64,000 bases of DNA. Source: Podarcis cretensis (taxonomy: Eukaryota). Of the stretch, positions 59,953 to 64,000 are shown piece after piece; position 1 is the first letter of the stretch, and each line of letters begins with the position of its first letter. Where the stretch lies: positions 30,938,001 to 31,002,000 of the forward strand of contig OX638157.1 in assembly GCA_951804945.1 (NCBI GenBank), read 5' to 3'. The position numbers were made by a program, and so were the translations under genes. The notes under the pieces were generated by a model that worked only from the letters and a program-made list of their open reading frames with translations, was not told where the DNA came from and ran no database searches.

Positions 59953-62394
59953 TAGACTAGGTTCTTGGCCAATAGTTTCTTTTTGATGTTTCTTGGAGCT
60001 CCTCCAGATTGTGTTTGTTTGTTTTTGGGTGGTGTATTCTGCAACATGTCATTGATGTAGTAATGGTGCCTTAGTGGTGGATTCACACTGCACATCATTC
60101 CGCTTTGTTAGTTCTGCAATCCTTCCCGAATGAGACTGCATTCTTGTCATCTGGAGGAGCACTCCTGCGCTAGCAACAAAGGCAGAACATTTGAGGCATG
60201 GAAGCTACAGGATATGCACTGACCAGAAACAGAGCAATATGACCTCCTCAAAACTGATGCAATCACAAATATTTATTGAAAGTGGGATCCCAGTTAACAC
60301 CTGCAGATTTTTATTTTTTAATGATGATGATAATGAGCTTCAGACGAAATAGCTACTTCCAGGGAATATTTTAAATTTGAATGATGATGTAGCTAATTCA
60401 CCATTTCCAACATGCTTGCTCAGTTCATAATACCTAGGATTTAATTCTCATCTCTCCCGCATCATTTTATGGGATCTCAACTTCACTATTCCAGGAAGCT
60501 TCATTTATATTTTAAAAATTCTTTAGGGAAATGGATAAAGGGTTTTTATTTGGAGTAATGTTTCTTTTTGTTTATTGAGACATTCTAGAAATACACCTTG
60601 AGGATGTCAGGTAAACACAGTGTCTAAACTTGGCTGGTTCTGTTCTGGGGAGGAATCTGGCCAAAGTAGGTTATAAAAGTATTTGATTTGCTTATTGTCC
60701 ACACTGCCAGTGGTATGGAAAACCTCCATGTCATGAGTGCAGTCCAGAAAGTGAGCAATTTTGTGGCAGTTACCAGAAACACTGAGGCAATTGCAACCAC
60801 TTTGGACTTGGCAGTCACAATTGCCAAATCAAAATCATCCCTGAGTTAACCAATATAAATGGAAAGCCCAACTACAGCCGCCTCCCTCACTTGGCCATTT
60901 CTGCTTCTGGCTCAAAGGACTGGGCCTGAAACAAACTGTCTATTAAAAATTAAAATTTTTATATTATAATTGAATTCTCATGTTTTCACAGGACTTTGGT
61001 ATGGACACTGAGAGCCTTTGGCTGACATGAGAAACAAGCAAGGATCTCAGTTGGTTATTTGGGTCAAAAGCTGTATAACTGGGAGGGCAGATGTTAGAAA
61101 AATCATAAAATAATAATGGCTTGTCTGTGCTTTTCGTTTTTCTTTTTCTTTTTTGCAATGCTGTGGTTTATTTCAAAGTCAGAAATGTAGCACCACCAGA
61201 CTCCTATAGCAGAGAAGAATAAAATACCCTGCTTAACTGTGTCTTCCACCTTTGCATGAGGAATTCCCCCATTCTCTTCATTTCCAAATTCATTGTGAGC
61301 AGAAGTTGGAAAATCTTTCTCACAGGGATGTATCACGCTATGGGCCCTTCTTATTGAGCCTTCAGCATTATTTGAGCTTGTGATGTCATTGGGATGGTTT
61401 CAATGCCATTTTCACCTGCAAAAGCTATGGAGTGCTTGGGGTAGCATATTGTTTTGGTTGCAATAATTTTAGCCATTTCATGCTAAAATCCTGTGACTTT
61501 TCATACCACAACTGTTCTGGGGTTTGGGGGATATTTTTGTCCCGCTTTTGTTGCACTACAGAACAAGGGTACACCAGTCACCACTAACTGCAACTAAGCC
61601 TGTAATTAAGCACATATAATTGATGCAGACTCATGCAACTTTCCTATTTACCCCTGTCTCCACATCCCTCACTGTCCTCTCTTAGTTTCCCATTTTAAAT
61701 TTTGATTCAGAAGCATTTCAGGGCAGGGGGCCTATCCCCTCATGCTCTGCAAAGTGCTATGCACATGGATGGTGCTAAACAAGCATACTGATTATTGCTG
61801 TCAGCCCTAATAAACATTCTCTTTTGGTCTCATTTCAATAGTTTCTAACCCTGTGGAGGACATTTCTATATTTTATGAGCCCATCTATATTTTATGCTTT
61901 GGTCCTTTGGATCCATCCCTTCCTGTATTATGAATCAATTTATGAGCCGCTTTTATATTCCGTAACATTTATGAACAGTTGTTGATAGCTTTCCAGTTGC
62001 TGACAAATGGTTAGGACTTATATTATAAAAAAGGGTTAACAACAGAATTCCTCCTTTGTGCAATCCCACATAATTGCACCTACCCCCTCCCTGCCCTGAC
62101 ACCAGCAGGAGTTATGTATGCATCATTATAGCCAAGATTGCTCCCTAAATTCTTCCTTGCTCACTGTTAGACAACTGACACCTGCATGTGCATACTTGAG
62201 ATCTTTTTCGTAGCAAATCAGAAATCTAATGTTCAGCAGAACAATATCCAGCTGGAATAATTAGCTTGCATCCCATGAACTCACAATGGCTTCTGAGCTG
62301 TGTGCCTGTGTTGCAGTCCCATATGGATGCAGGGTGCATACATGTATCTGAGTACATAGGCGGCAGCAGTCATTTGGGTATTTCTCACTCAATG

Positions 62395-62620
62395 TAGTGG
62401 TACCTCGGGTTACAGACGCTTCAGGTTACAGACTCCGCTAACTCAGAAATAGTACCTCGGGTTAAGAACTTTGCCTCAGGATGAGAACAGAAATCGTACG
62501 GCGGTGGTGCGGCGGCAGCGGGAGGCCCCATTAGCAAACGTGGTACCTCAGGTTAAGAACAGTTTCAGGTTAAGAACGGACCTCCAGAATGAATCAAGTT
62601 CTTAACCTGAGGTACCACTG
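62395..62620 (-). mobile_element. Tc1/mariner (Tigger/pogo-like) MITE
   Basis: Inverted copy of 5555-5796 with more CpGs retained. Right TIR TAACCTGAGGTACCACTG followed by TA. Confidence 0.88.
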
Positions 62621-62851
62621 TAGTTGTCTGACTGAGAGGACGGTGAAACCAATAGGCTGGCAAAGTCTTTGCCTAAGTAGTGCAATAGTCACATGCATTT
62701 AAGTCCTCCTCAGGTATTTATTTATTTTTTTGCATATAAATGAAACATGTGAGTGATGATGAATGGGCTAAGGTCCTCATGCCACCAGTTTGAGGCCAAA
62801 TGTCCAAAGTAGGGAGTCCATGAATGATGACCTTCTTCTGTGCAGTGGGAT

Positions 62852-62980
62852 GAAGGTTACCAGATTTTTTTCAATGAATCCTGGGACACTTTTCAACTAC
62901 TAAATAGATGGATTTTGTCAGGGGACTGGTTTGTAAATCTAGGGACTGTCCCTGGGAAACGGGGATGTCTCGTAACTTTA
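62852..62980. mobile_element. Short hAT (Tip100-like) MITE
   Basis: Imperfect TIRs AAGGTTACCAGAT / GTCTCGTAACTT with internal GGGAC repeats. Confidence 0.5.
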
Positions 62981-64000
62981 CGTGGGACAGCACTGACCCA
63001 TGTGGTTTACTGTTGTGCTACAGGCCATCTGGGCCACCCTTATGAATCTACCATATTTGAACCTTTAATTGAAGCTGACTAAAAACTCAGATACTGTATT
63101 AAGGCATCTTTAGGTATAAATGGTAACTCATCTATATGCATCTGGTTCATGTTGGGTGTGTGTGAGAGAGAGACTAGGCTACAAATAGGTTATCTCCAGA
63201 TGAGAAATCTGAGCTTCAGAGAAGTTTGCACTCAATAATGTGAGGCAGCAGTTCCCTCTCCAGCTTCTGAGGCCTGCATTCTTGTTTCCCATGGAACCAT
63301 TTACAGTACATTTTCTTCAGCATAAAAGGTTTAATTGGCTCAAAAGTCCTAAATGGAACCATTAATTGTTGTTGTGGATAGTTGTCATGGTTACAGATAA
63401 CGACAGCGCAATTAAATCCAACTGACTTCATAATACATTCTGGCTGCCAGACAGAAGTTCTAACTATTCAGTTTGGCTTGGAGTTAAAATTTGGTTCTCC
63501 AGCCCTCTTATAGTGGCCCCTGTGCCAATGATTCTACACTCTTGATATTTTATACTATTCATTTTATGGTTGTATACTTCTCACAGACACACCATAATTA
63601 AAATTCCCAGATTTAAAGGATTCTAAATCAACTCCATTCCAAGGAACTATAAATAGACAGTTTTGTGGGAACAGAAATAACTCTAGATCAAGACCAATTT
63701 CCTTTCAGCAGCAAAAACACAAACACAAAAACAAACTTTTCAAAAGGGCTATACTTTAGGAGAAGCAATATAACTACATTTTTTATTTCTAGCTCTTTAG
63801 TTCTCAATTGTATGAAAAATTCACATATTCAGTTTCCTCTAAAACTATACAGAGGTTTTTATGGTATATAATGGAATTCATTTTATATAAAGGCAAAAGG
63901 AACTGATCTAGCAATAAACCAGGGGCAGTTGTTTATATTATTTTACATATTTATGATCTTTATGTATTAAAAACTGATTAGATCAGCCTTCCACGAGCTA

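Overview
A 64 kb AT-rich, CpG-poor vertebrate window. The repeat content (Sauria/POM-type SINEs, BovB, squamate L2, CR1) points to a squamate, probably a lacertid lizard. I could not recognise any host protein-coding exon, so it reads as intergenic or deep-intronic DNA with many transposable elements. These include a young 5'-truncated L1-clade LINE with an uninterrupted ORF2 3' part and a clear TSD, a full-length decayed Tc1 transposon with long IR/DR ends, four Sauria SINEs, two BovB 3' fragments, L2 and CR1 fragments, hAT/Tigger/Tc2-like MITEs and microsatellites. The most interesting signal is three diverged copies (about 41160-42302, 49544-50355, 57944-58701) of a ~0.8 kb non-coding element, tentatively DIRS/Ngaro-like. 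Their sequences differ, yet they keep a large multi-stem secondary structure with compensatory base changes. An identical 16-bp CTCF-type motif also occurs twice in divergent orientation (47674 and 51452). All family names are from pattern recognition, not database searches.
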